From Octopus vulgaris (Eukaryota), in contig OX597817.1 in the NCBI GenBank assembly GCA_951406725.2, positions 84,816,001 to 84,880,000 of the forward strand: a stretch of DNA of 64,000 nt, written 5' to 3'. A program made the translations under genes and the position numbers. The notes under the pieces were generated by a model. The model was not told where the DNA came from and made no database searches. It worked only from the letters and a program-made list of their open reading frames with translations. Positions 1 to 12,010 of this stretch are shown in pieces (positions within the stretch are counted from its first letter, which is position 1; each line of letters starts with the position of its first letter).

Positions 1-1080
1 TTATTATCCGGAAACGAAATTGGAAAAGAAAAAATACTGCAATGGGTGTAAAAAAAAAAGGTGTAGGAAACAAGTATGAAAACAAAAATCCCCGGAAAGC
101 AATGCACGGTGGGAAGAGGCCTGGATCTTTTCGGTTTGAACGGCCGTTTTTAACATAATTTCTATGTAACTAAAAAATTTTAAACTTCATATACTGCTAG
201 AATGTGTTTGTTTATAAAACATCTTTTTCTCTTGACTTTATTGAGAAAATTCTATAGTTTGTAAGATATTTGTTGTTTTTTTTTCTTTCTGCAATTTCTG
301 CAATTTCAACCAATCAGTGACGTCTATTGAGTTAAAAAGCATTCTGTGCCGTATGAATATGTCCCTCGTTTAAGAAACAGATTGGGTTTATTTACACTTG
401 TGAAGAAAAAATTTACCCTTTCCCCTAACCCTAAAAGAGATTGAAATGCAATAGATCGATTCTAGGGTCATAATTATGGGTGACAATTTCATATGACATC
501 GCTAGAAAAAAACTGCCGTTCAAACCGAAAAGATCCAGAGGCCTTCGGAAAATTCACAAGATCCGATGTTTTTCTCTCTTTTCGGAAAATGTTTTATTTT
601 TCCAAATGAAATTTTATATAAATATCTTTGAAACGGTATAGATTACGATTATAAAGAAATTTGTAGGGAAAAACTTTTCCGAGAGGGTGGGGGAGAGGAC
701 TTCGAAAAATTCACAAGATCCGAGTTTTTCCCTCGAAATTTTGAGGAAAATTTAATGCTTTTAAAATCACAAATTAGGCTTTTCCTCAGGAACTTAGATG
801 CTAAACATCCCTTTGACGGGTTCGAATCCTTACGGCATCAACTTTTAGACATTATTTATTAAAAAAAACAAAAACAATTATAACAATATACAATGATTCC
901 AGGATGGGGGGAGGGGTCGACCCCATCTTATTTCGAACAAAAACAAGGGGTTTGCGGCACATTAGGAAGTCAAGGTACTTGATTCCACGCAAAAATCCGA
1001 GGTTATTATTTTTTTTCTTAGTGAAACGGGTGGGGGTGTACTTCCCAAAATTTACCAAAGATTTATTTCTATGGTTAAAT
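1..1080. repeat. Unclassified CpG-containing repeat with an internal direct repeat; host of the MITE
   Basis: The unit GGG(A/G)AGAGG(C/A)CTTCG(G/A)AAAATTCACAAGATCCGA occurs split by the MITE (111-122 + 545-566) and intact at ~690-724. Boundaries approximate. Confidence 0.4.
123..536. mobile_element. Non-autonomous DNA transposon (MITE) with ~28 bp TIRs and 8-bp TSD
   Basis: GGATCTTTTCGGTTTGAACGGC at 123 and its reverse complement GCCGTTCAAACCGAAAAGATCC ending at 536. Identical AGAGGCCT flanks both sides (115-122, 537-544). No ORF. GG termini plus 8-bp TSD suggest Merlin-like, but the superfamily is tentative. Confidence 0.9.
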
Positions 1081-2677
1081 AATTAATAGATGTCAACACA
1101 AGTAATATTGGAGGAACATTTATATCAACAAGCTCTGACGTAAGTTGAATGAGATCGAAAACAAAAAATCGTTATACTACTGTGAACAAGGCCGGATTAA
1201 ACCTTACTTTGTCTTGAAAACAAAGAGGGCACCAAGAAAAGAGGGTGTCACAGAACTTACGCAATCCGAAAGATTGCCTAAGATAATAATTTATATTACA
1301 GGTATTTAGTGTTAAATAATTACATTAAATAAAAATTTAAATAAAAGCACGTTAAACTGGTGTGAAAGAAAACTAAAGTTTTAATCTCTTATTTCACAAC
1401 CAGTACTTATGTCTTGTCAGGCAAAGGACGGTCGAAGGGGACACCATTGTTATAGTCTGCTCAAGGACAACGTTTCTGCTAAGGTTTAAAAGGGAGAGTG
1501 GCTGTGAGAATTGAAAAAGAGGGGTTGACAAATTGCTGTGTTTAATAAATTTAAGGTGGTTTTAAAACTTGTACTGCACCAAGGTTAAGAAGAAAAAATT
1601 ATTATATGAATAAAAACGTTATTTAATTAATAAGGTGCACACAAAACAGCGAGAATCAATAAACTAACAATAACGTATCTATTCATTCTTGATACATTCT
1701 GGCAGATTCGAACCTCAATGTACTGATCGCTGTTGTATTTCTTCTTCGGAGAATATTTCTCTTTACATGTGTGTTCATAAACCGTGATTCGTGCTCTCTT
1801 AATAAAAAGGAACCTGATAGCAGAGGCCAGCTGAAAACAACGGCCACTCGTGCAGTTGTCCAGTCTGTCGTTTGTATTTCAGATCTTCCAGATTACAAGG
1901 AGTAAGGGAGATGAGAATATAATGAAATGAAAATTTTAAAATATGAGTATCTTTAGAGTGGAGTAAAGTTTATTTTAACTATTGCATAGATAAGCGTATC
2001 GTTAAATAATTGTTCACGTTTTCATTTCAACGGTAATACCGACAGCACAGATCAGAAGTGAGATATGAATAAAATGCTGGAAGAATTACTGTGGCAGAAA
2101 TTCTTACAGTTAGTTCAGAAATTCTATAACTATTACGCTCGACATGTCATACCAGCAATAATACACCACATCGATGACTTCCCAAAATATAGTTTTCCTT
2201 GTGCTTAGTACACCTTCATAGGCTTCCGTCTGCATGATGTGTAGTCTTCATTGAGCTTTATATCCTTATGTCATCCGGAGCAAAGTGCTGAAGATGGCTA
2301 TAATTTTGCTGAAATGTGTATCGTGTACATGCTGTTAATCGTTCTCTCTTTTATAAACATTCGATACACTTGGCTAATTAATAATGCTTTGGTCACGCTG
2401 ATTGTAAATGTAGTCAAAATGTTTGGGCGATCTAACTTAAATACTGGAAATATTACACTGAGTACGTTAAAGTCTCTAGCAGACACTTTACTAACCACTA
2501 TTTTCCATTCCCTGCTATAGTTTCAAATTATAGGAAAGCCTTCACTTTAGGGTCTCGAAAAATTCTGATGGTAAATACTTTTACTTTTATGAAGTTCTCT
2601 AAAGAAATAAACAAATAGGCACAAGCAAAGCCGTTCGCTTCCCAACCACATAGTTTCAGGTTTAGTCCCACTGCATA

Positions 2678-3116
2678 CATCGCGGTTCCAGGAATTTTTC
2701 GAAGGAAGGGTACAAGATCAGAAGCGGAGCATTCCTTCGATATAGCTCAACAAGGTCGAGACATTTCACTTCGGGTATTTCCATGGGTTGTGGAGTATAG
2801 ATGTAACGAAATTATGCCAGCAATGTCTCATTCTAAACTTGAAGGAAAAAAGCCTTGCATATTTCTTCTTACCTGTTTCATGTGTGTATGTAAGATACAC
2901 ACATTTCGAAGCAGAAAACAGAATCGAACTGTGTCATTTGCTTCCACGGAAATACCTAAAATGAAGTGTTTTGATCTTGACGAGTTATATCGAAAGAATG
3001 CCCAGAAGAGAATACAATTTCAGAAGAAAGGGAGTAATAACATTATTTAGAAGGGCTCACTTTTTTTCTTGAGGCGGGCACGTACGCCTCAGCACCCCGC
3101 CCCGGGTCCACCCTTG
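2678..3116. mobile_element. Degenerate DNA element inserted in the SINE, 5-bp TSD
   Basis: GCATA duplicated at 2673-2677 and 3117-3121. Imperfect CA...TG terminal inverted repeats (CATCGCGGTTCCAGG / CCGGGTCCACCCTTG). Confidence 0.5.
2727..3003. mobile_element. MITE with ~55-60 bp imperfect TIRs
   Basis: GCATTCCTTCGATATAGCTCAACAAGGTCGAGACATTTCACTTCGGGTATTTCCATGG pairs with CCACGGAAATACCTAAAATGAAGTGTTTTGATCTTGACGAGTTATATCGAAAGAATGC. Near-duplicate flanks AGAAGCG / AGAAGAG. Confidence 0.75.
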
Positions 3117-3659
3117 GCATAGTACCGTTTGATAAGTGTCTTCTAATATAGTTCCTGGCCACAGTCTTGTGAGTGGATTTGATAGACAAAAGCCTGTATA
3201 TATTCACGTGCGTTTGTGCCAATTCGTATTTCCCTCGCGTTCGTCAGTTCGTAAATAATGGTTTTCTGACGGTGTTATTTGCTTGCAGTCCACTACGAAA
3301 GCATGTCCAGGCGCGATCCTCGTAAACAAGTAAAGACTCATTCAGCTGGTACTGATTGCTTCCAGTTTCCAACATGTAACGTGTCCGGGTTGATTGTTAG
3401 AGTGGGAGATTATTGTCTTGCTTGGAAACAAGGTTGGGTATTTAATGGTTGATTTAGTAACCATCACATTCATGCAGACTTGATAAAATAATGATGTAAA
3501 AAAAAAAGAAGCAATTTAAAGGTGCATTAATGTAGGTATTCTTTGGGATAATTTACCTACACTGACGATGGAATCCAAACTTTCAGGAATTAAATACATA
3601 AGACATTCTTATTTCTTACTATTTCTAAAGTAGTAATGAATGTGATGTAAGAATGTTAC

Positions 3660-4100
3660 AAAAGAATAGGATTTGAAAAGTGCGTTGTGTCTAGGAAAGA
3701 GAGGTGTGCAAAGTCATGGAGCTAGATGAGAAGGAGAAAGACGAGGTAATGTGTGGTGGGGTTGAGATAGAAAGAATGATGAGAGGGCTGGGAGAGAAGT
3801 AAATGCTAGAGGGTACCATCCCAGTAGGAAGATGGGGAGTAGCAATATATGAATGCTGCGAAAGCATCACAGGGAGGCAGCAGAGAGGTGGCGGAAAATG
3901 TGTGTACAGCAAGGGAAAAATGAAGCTAGAGGGAATTCTGAAGGTGTAAGGGTAGGTCATGATGCAAAGGTTAAGAGGAGGTGTTGGTTGGCAATAGAGG
4001 TAATTTTGAAGAGTGTGTACTATGATTGCTGAAGAGAGAGGAGCCCTGAAGGGTAGACATACGGTGGTGGCGGACAGCAAGGTGGGCCCGGTGGAGAGCT
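3660..4100 (-). repeat. Purine-rich decayed repeat, probably RTE 3' UTR-derived
   Basis: Same G/A-rich composition and similar motifs as 5400-6200 and 62400-63000. ORF 3691-4116 is low-complexity. Confidence 0.4.
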
Positions 4101-4101
4101 G

Positions 4102-4959
4102 TATGCTAGGTGGCAAGAAAATGTTCCCGGACTAGTTCTGTAGAGCACCAACTGATGATAGCACATGGTTGCATGCGCAGTAAGAGTTAGTAGTGACCTT
4201 CATGTGGTAGTGTGCTGAATGACATCACTGTTTACTTTGCAAGTTGTGAAATTTGTGATTACGTGTATGATATAGCCTGTGATTTTGTCATGAACAGGAA
4301 CAAAGAACCAACATGAAATTTTGCGTCATGATTCAGCAAGCCTATGGTGATGAGGCAATGCATTGTACACAGTGTTTTGAGTGGCATAGGCACTTCAAAA
4401 GTGGGAAAATGTCCCTGGAAGATGATGATCAATCTGGAAGACCTGCCACAGGTGTCACCCCAAGAAATGTGGTATTGTGCATCGAGAATTCACCCTCCAG
4501 GGCCAGACCATGAGTCGAGAGTTCTGCGACGTTTTGAAGTGTTTGAGGGAGGACATTCAGTGAAAGCAACTGGATGTGTGGAGCTCAAAGAACTGGACTC
4601 TTTATTAGGCTCTCCCCACACATGAGTTTCTCACCAAAAAACAACATTGTATCACTTCTAGACCCACCCTAAATGCTAAATTTAGCACCTGCAGACTTCC
4701 ATCTCTTCCACAAGATGAAAATGCAGCCCAAAGGTCACTGTTTTAACACCATTGTTGAGATCCAGAGTGAATTGCAGAAGGCCTTCGACTCACTTACAAA
4801 AAATAACTTCCAGGCAGGATTCCAAAAGTGGCAGGAGCGCTGGTGTCAATATATTGCTGTGCAATGTGGCTATTTCAAAGGAGATGGTGTTAAAAGTTAG
4901 GTAAATAAGTTATTTTATTAAACATAACTAGTCCGGGAACCTTTTGATATCATCTCATA
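4102..4959 (+). mobile_element. Internally deleted mariner transposon with transposase pseudogene
   Basis: TIR core GTTCCCGGACTAGTT (~4123) and AACTAGTCCGGGAAC (~4926), followed by TA at 4958. ORF remnants: AYGDEAM..CFEWHRHFKSG..SLEDD..SGRP (mariner HTH) and LAPADFHLFHKMK..KG..F..WQERW..GYFKGD (C-terminus after the YSPDLAP motif). Frameshifted and shorter than a full element. Confidence 0.92.
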
Positions 4960-4977
4960 TATACATATGCATACACA

Positions 4978-7900
4978 TTATCATCATTCAACATCCGTCT
5001 CCCATACTGGGATAGGTTGGAGAGTTTCACAGGATCCAACAACTCAGAAGGCTACATCAAACTTCAGTGTCTGTTTTGGCATAGCTTCTATGGCAGGATG
5101 CCCTTCTTTATGCCAACCATTTCACCATGTGTACTAGGTGCGTTTTTTGTGACTCCCAACATTAATGAGGTCACAAAGTAACTTACAAGGCAAAGGAAAA
5201 GAAGCCACTCAATTTCATAGGGTTGTAGTAGAGGTGACATTATTCAAGGTGTTGAGAGACTAAAGTATGATAGATAGACAGGCACAGGTCTCTCGCCATA
5301 GAAGAAATACATGACTACCCCACTTGACTATTATATAAGAGTGGATAGAAGTTGGAAAGAAGATAAAGGTATTTATGAGGTGAAAGCATACTCTCAAGGT
5401 ACAAGAAAGTGAATATATGAAAGAATATGGACTGAGTATAGGAAAGTGTGGGTGGTAAGTTCATAGGAGTTGTGAGAGGTGGATGGCAGATGGTTAGAGA
5501 TGGGGTAGAGATTGATGTAGTGAATGATGTACAAGAATGGAAGTGTCAATGATGGTAAAAACAATATAGTGGTGATGATGGTGGTGGGGGATAAAAGGAA
5601 TAACTCAAGAAGGAAGTGATACTAAGTGGTAGTACAGGAAGGATGGAGAGCAGCAATATAATAAACCTGCAGATAGATAAAAAAAAAAGGATGATAATGT
5701 GCAAGGTGGGAGAGTTGGAGTGGGGAGAGATGTACAGGGACAGAGATGGTAGCATGTAGTGGTGACTATAATGAGTGGGAGCAAAGGTGTGTGTGTGTAT
5801 GGGTGGGTGGGGGAGACATTGACAGCAAATATGAGAGGGTGTTGAGTATGATAGCAAATATGAGAGAGTGTTAAAGATGAAATATGGCAGTTCTATGATG
5901 AAGCTCAGTGGAGAGGGCGAGATAACTGGAGACACAGAAAGGGGTGATCAGTGGAAAATTGAAGTGGGGAAGGAATGATATTGACGATGAGGGATAGATG
6001 TTAAAGAAAGTGGTTCCAGGCAGGGAAGAAACAACTAGTACAAAGGGAAAGAAATATATATAAATTCTGCTGTCATGATTACAGCAGATGAATAATACCA
6101 TTATTAGAGGAGTGATAATGAGATGGGTGTTAAGATGATGTGAGGTGGGGAAAGCTTGTTTGGGACAGACTGGGTGCAGGGCAGGGCCTAGTGCATGATT
6201 AGACACAAACATATTGCTTTTATGACCTCACTATCACTGTGACAGACAGGTTTTATTAAGCACAGTTAAATGCTAATCATCTTGGTCACTTGTCATCTCC
6301 AATATGAGGCTCAACATCCTGAGATCAGCCCTCATTATTTCATCACATGCTTTGCTGGGTCTCTTTCTTCAGCAAGTTCCATCCGCTTTAAGTGATCGAC
6401 ATTTTTTTATACAGCTTTCCATCATCCATATTACATTGCATGTTCATATCAGTGTAATCTCTCTTGTACACTACATGTGATTCTTCTCATGCTCATTTTT
6501 CTCTCAATACATTTGCATCTTATCATACATGTATATTGATGTTGCACTTCCATCAAAGTATACTCGCTTCTTTTCTTTCTAGTCTTTACATGTACTCTGT
6601 ATTTACAGTTCACATTTCATTCGTATGTAGCATTGCTGGTTGTACATAAGTGTCATTTTACATTCTGTATTTCACCCTGAGGGAAAGGCCTTTTGTTACC
6701 AACAGTCACAATAACTCACTGAACTTTCTCTAGCTGGTTTATATTCTAGTAACTATACTTTTAGAACATACTCCTTTACTACTAATTAGGTCACAAAGTA
6801 AAAAAAAAAAAAAACTACCTATACTCCTACGGGATCTCTTGAGCATTTGAGAGAATTTGTTTTACTTCTGTTTATTGCTCTGGCACATCTGTCACATATG
6901 AAGTCTACTTTCTCTGTTAAGCTTCCTGTGATTCCAGTGTACCACTTGTGTGTCTATAATTTGCATTGTACATATCAAGCAGGGCTGTTTACTTCAATAG
7001 TCCTATTTTCCTGCTTGCTAGAAGTTTGGATTCTGCTCCATTAACTTGAAAACCCATTGATTCCTGGTTTTGCTACCCCACCTGGAATTTCTTTTCTAGT
7101 TCTATTACATATTCTGCTATACAAACGAGGTTACCAGCATATGATAGTTGCTACGCCAGTCATTGTGTATGGCCCCTTGCTGTACAACCTGATTTACATG
7201 ATTAACTAGGATACATTTTACTCTGCCAGATATTTTAAACATCTCAGTGATGAACCAGGAGCTTTCCCTGCCTTTATATTTTTAATTGCTTTATCTTTCA
7301 TTTTGCGGTCAACTAAAATAGCTAGTTCCTTTAGTTTGTTCATGTTGGGAAAACCCTCTTCCTCCCATACATTCTCCATCCATATTTAGTAATCATTTAT
7401 AGTAGTACTTCCATTCCATGTCCCTTTCTTTTTAGAATCACTAAGTGCAAGTGTATCTTTATCCATTTGCACATATTTCTTACCTTCGTCTCGTTTTTCT
7501 CTGATACACAGTTTTACAACCCAGGACACCTTACACATCTGATCTTCATGCTGTAGAACATTGGTAATCCTCTTCCTCTGCAGTGTAAACCTGACACCTA
7601 GCTTCTCTTCAGGCTACCTGGTATAATTTTCTGTTGCCTCCATTTTTGCCACTCTTTTCACTTTTTTTACCTCAGTCTCCCTCACTGTCCCACAACCACC
7701 ACCACATCACCATCAGTTTGGTTAGGACTTTTCACCAGCCATAAATTTAGTCTGTGGCCCTCAATAGGTTGTCCCATAAGAGTTTCCAGTCGCCTTCTAT
7801 ATTTCTTTTTGTCAAATGCTTCAATTAGAATATCTTGAAATTTTGGACTGTGCTGGATTTTGAAGCTTCAATATCTTTTTTTAGAGACTGGGTTTTGTCT

Positions 7901-8277
7901 GTGGGTCCTTCAAGCTCTGAAGTCACAAACCACAAACTTATATTTGGTTGTATATTCTTCACCCACAAAGGACTTTGCAATTCACAAGAGTCTGCCTATC
8001 TTGTTTTCTAGTGAGAATGTAGTCAATCTGGTTTGTGTGCCCATCAGATTGATGGGTGATCAGGTGGCTGGCTTGTTAGTTTTCTGAAGTTAATACTGCG
8101 GATCAAGAAATCATGGAATTCCAGCAGCCTTTGTTCCTTTGCATTACTGGAACTAAAGCTGTAACCTCCATGTTTGCCCTAAAATTGACCCAGATGCTGC
8201 CTAACATGTCTATTGAAGTTATCAGTCACAATAATAATGTTATCATTTGTCATTGAGGTAATCTGCAAATGGGCCTT
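4978..8277 (-). mobile_element. Decayed RTE-clade LINE (endonuclease + RT remnants, long 3' UTR, CAT-repeat tail)
   Basis: Minus-strand remnants: GDFNxHVG-like (~8200-8230), ASHLIT (~8050-8075), LxYAxxL RT motif (~7125-7150), LLVTKGLSLRVK (~6670-6705), KKCRSL..ADLRMLSL (~6300-6410). TCATCATTCAACATCCG tail at ~4980. Many stops and frameshifts. Confidence 0.85.
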
Positions 8278-8399
8278 TATAAAATTAATCCTTCTGTTAA
8301 TACAGTCAAGATTGTGTTCATACACACTTCCCACCACGAATTAGATAATGTTGACCACATCCAAATAATCGATAAGGAAAAATTAAATAAATGAAGCAA

Positions 8400-8461
8400 A
8401 ACCAAGAAAATGTTTCTTTTTAAAAATGTATTTTTATTGAGATCATCAGTTTGTTTGTACA
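8400..8461 (-). terminator. Candidate distal polyadenylation site of the furin-like gene
   Basis: Minus strand: TGTA (8461-8458), AATAAA (8438-8433), CA ~20 nt downstream (~8411), then T/GT-rich TTTTCTTGGTTTTGCTT. Lies just before unique sequence gives way to the RTE. Other AATAAA hexamers occur nearer the stop (~10450, ~10915). Confidence 0.45.
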
Positions 8462-11400
8462 AATGGTATTTAGTAGGTGGAATGATATTGAAAAGTAATC
8501 TTTAATGCTGGGTGACAATGGTTTAGTTGTACGTGTCAATGCAGTCCCTGAGACAGCAGAAACAGCCAAAATTAGAATGATAGAAATGATGCAAAGTCAT
8601 GCCACACTTAACCCATTACCATTTTCTCACACAGCCAGCATAGAAAAAGCAGACTTAGAATCAAAATTAGGAAGTTGTATTACAAAAGCTAAAATATAAA
8701 AACAAAGACTAGAAAAAAATATTTACTCAAATTGTACAAAATATATTGAGCTTTCATATAGTGGGTACCCCAATGTAACTCGGTTACCAAACTAGGCTAA
8801 ACAAGTCCTCCTTGAAAGGAACAAGAAGTCTTTAAGATAGCTTAAATGCCAGATATGAAAACATGGGATATGTAGACAAAGAATAATTTTCTGTAAGAAT
8901 CAGTATGAAAATATAACAAGATATTTCCAGGAACTTTAATACAACACTTAAGGTGGATGACTTAATATAGTCAGATGGAAGATTCCTTAGATTTTAGGAT
9001 GGATGGCTAAATATCCAGTGGAAATTCAGCTTTGAGAAATTTGTAAATGTATAAACATTGTTATACATTGTAAACAGGCACTGCCTTAAATTAGGAGGAG
9101 GAGGACTTCAAATGCAGTCATTTTTGTGAAATCATTTTAAGCAGATTTTTTTTTTAAATGGAAGTTTTCTAAAATACTTATTTTTTAAATTTTTACATAC
9201 ATATTTTTAAAAGAGCATTTACACAGTTGCGACTGAGAATTCAGAAATATTCTATCTTTCTGAAGAATAAAACTAATTTGACGACAACTGTGTATTATGT
9301 TATTGTAAGGAATGGAAGAGCCAAATTGTACTAAATTACTAGCCAGAGAGATTCATTAAAAAAAAATGTGTATTACATCTTTTTGTAACTCACAACCTTA
9401 AACAGAATGCATTCGTAAAAAGATAGTACAAGTTCAGTAAAGTACAAAAATCTAAAGAATTTTCTTTCCATTTTAAGAATAAATTCTTTTACTTATAGAC
9501 ACTTTTTCTGGATTAGGCTTTGTCACACATTATATTCAGTTCTCCAGGTTTTTATCCATTTAATATAATTAACAAGAATACTAATGACAGCTGAAAGTCT
9601 GCCAAGAAATACTTCAGCCGATTCTTTCTCCCCAGAACTGCAGTTCTCACTTTTTCTCTACAGGCATCAACATGCAGAAGTTCAAACAAAACATCACCTA
9701 CATCAACCACATTATCTGGAAATGGTAGAGAGGTCTATGGCTGCTGTAATCTTCCTTGGACTTTAAAAAAATCATGGAGCTAATTTATGTTTTCATATTA
9801 ATGTAGCTCTATATAAACAAAATTTATTCATATATCATCTATTACTTCTGATTACCAACTTTTAGAATCTATAATGAAATATTTACTTTAATAATTTCAT
9901 TTAATTTTCTAATCCTTCCACTTCCTGAAGGCCTCTGGAGGGATTTTCTGAATCAATGAAAAACTACTATTTAAAAATGAAGACTATATTGGATAATACT
10001 GATTGTGACTAGACACTAAGCTAGTTGGTCTAAAAGTGGGTTTTATAACCAATTGAATCAATACTTATTTTAAAATCATGGACAGATGAAAGGCTGAGCC
10101 ATCCTGCATAGGATTTGAAAACAGGGCCCCAAAAAGAAATTACTAAAACTAGTTCTAGTCTAGCACTCTAAGGTTTCTGCCAATCTTAGGAATGTACAAA
10201 ACATTAAAAATAATCCAAAATGAAACAACTATATTATAATAAAGTTATTCTCTGAAGTCTAGGGATTATTTGTAGGAAGCAGAATTAAGGATTCCTATTC
10301 TGGTTTTCTATCCATATTGTTTCTTTCCAACATAAGTAGGTTGGAATTAAAGGATACATAACCTTAATTGTATCAAGTAATTTCTATTTTTAATTACAAT
10401 GCCTTCACACAATACAAATCTTAATACTTTTATATGTCCCATTAGCCCTTTATTTTGAAAAGGACTGAAATATTTGATCCCAATTTATTTATATTGTTAA
10501 CATGAAGGCTGAGTGCTTTAAGCTATCTGCAATCTAATTTTTCCATAGGTTTTTCTTCTTTTTTTTTAGTGTCTCTACTATGTAGCAAGTGACTAATATT
10601 TTATCAAGTGAATAGTATTTTACCACTCAATTCTTACTAAGATTATCTCTATATGATTATTATATCACCTAAATCTACTGCGACAAAAGGTGTATCTCAA
10701 TGACTTTAATTTCCTAAATTTCATTTAATCCATTTTCTGGCTCACATTTGAAGATCCATCATAACATTTTCATCTCACTTATTTCAAAAAGATATAATTG
10801 ATCATACAGCTTCCCTTTTAAAAATCTGAAATATTTTGGCGTTTGGATTCTGATTGAAGTCATCAATCAAGAATGAATGCAAAGGGCCTATGTGAACTAT
10901 GTCTCCCTCTGTATTTATTCTCTGTAAAGATTATTACTCCTAAACATCAGATTATTCTGTATTGGACACAGCTTTATGATGAAGTTTGAAAGCTTGATTT
11001 AACATAGAAGAGTAAATGGATACATCTGAATTGAGAGCTTTTCCCCAGCCTGCCTGGACTAGCACAACATCTCATCCAGGGATATAATTTAGAGTAAGCC
11101 CAAGCTTAACCACACCTTACACATAGCTGATCTTGATCATGCTTTTACGCACAACATAGCAATAATTTAGAATACAATATGCTATATTCTTTATATAGAC
11201 TTGGCAATACTATCAATTGAAAGCAACTTTAACATTAGTAATTGGCTTAATTATTAATATTACATGAATTTTTTTCTTTTTTTTCCCCCTCAAATATAAA
11301 TACCAGTTGAATTTCCTAATTTGACAGGAAATTTAGTTTTAAGTGCATTTACACTAATTGGTTTTTGTTCATTTCTAGAATGTGTGTGTATGTGTTACTG

Positions 11401-11737
11401 CACACACACATACACACACACATCTCTCGTTGCTTTAGGTGTTGTGTGTTTGTGTGTGATCATGAAAGAGACAGAGATTGCTAATGTATTAAGGTATGAC
11501 AGAGCTGTCAAAATAACATTATAAGAGTCCAAGATAGTTGTGTATTGTCATCTTGAGACTTAGACATTTACCAATGTTTTGGCATTTAAATTTCCCACCC
11601 AAAATGTGACTGAGAATGGACAACGATTCAATATGGCAGGCTAGTAAGAGTATTCCTTGGAGTTGTGCCTACAAGAGACCAAAATCTTCATTTGGCCAAT
11701 TTGATGAGGAAGTAATTACTTTGATATTTCAGAGAGC

Positions 11738-11829
11738 TCAAAAGCCTTGTTCCACAGGTTGGTGAGAATGGTTACATGTTGACCAAGTATTCTGGAGTGG
11801 TGATGGTGGTGCTGGTGGCATAGACATTT
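11738..11829 (-). CDS. furin: Furin-like convertase, last coding exon (end of cytosolic tail + stop)
   Basis: Acceptor ttttttttgttctacctttaacag at 11830-11831. Phase-1 join gives EMSMPPAPPSPLQNTWSTCNHSHQPVEQGF then TGA (11740-11738). GC-richer than flanks. No recognisable homology in this peptide, so the call rests on splice signals and frame. Confidence 0.72.
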
Positions 11830-12010
11830 CTGTTAAAGGTAGAACAAAAAAAATTGAAAATTATTTTAATGAAATAAAAAACAGTTTAGTCATCTAAATA
11901 AATTACACACACACCTATTGAAATAAAAAATTTAAAATTTGCTTCTCTCAACAGATTCATTTTATTTAACCAAATCTAAAATCTTTGAAGCAAGATTAAT
12001 ACTCAGTTCA

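Larger units (their letters stand above)
2617..3200 (+). mobile_element. tRNA-derived SINE interrupted by nested DNA elements
   Basis: Head TTCCCAACCACATAGTTTCAGGTTTAGTCCCACTGCAT resumes after 3116 with AAGTGTCTTCTAATATAG..CTTGTGAGTGGATTTGATAGAC. Matches the reverse complement of the copies at 34761-35165 and 36399-36750. Confidence 0.7.

Noticed and set aside
423-434. Telomere-like CCCTAACCCTAA (also CTAACCCTA at the window end)
   Set aside because: Only two units, inside a MITE; not a telomeric array.
819-829. Perfect B-box GGTTCGAATCC suggesting a tRNA gene (similar motif on minus at ~1706-1715)
   Set aside because: No convincing A-box, anticodon arm or cloverleaf could be built around either motif.
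8505-8699. 64-aa plus-strand ORF with ordinary composition
   Set aside because: No recognisable motif or splice support; lies antisense within the predicted 3' UTR.
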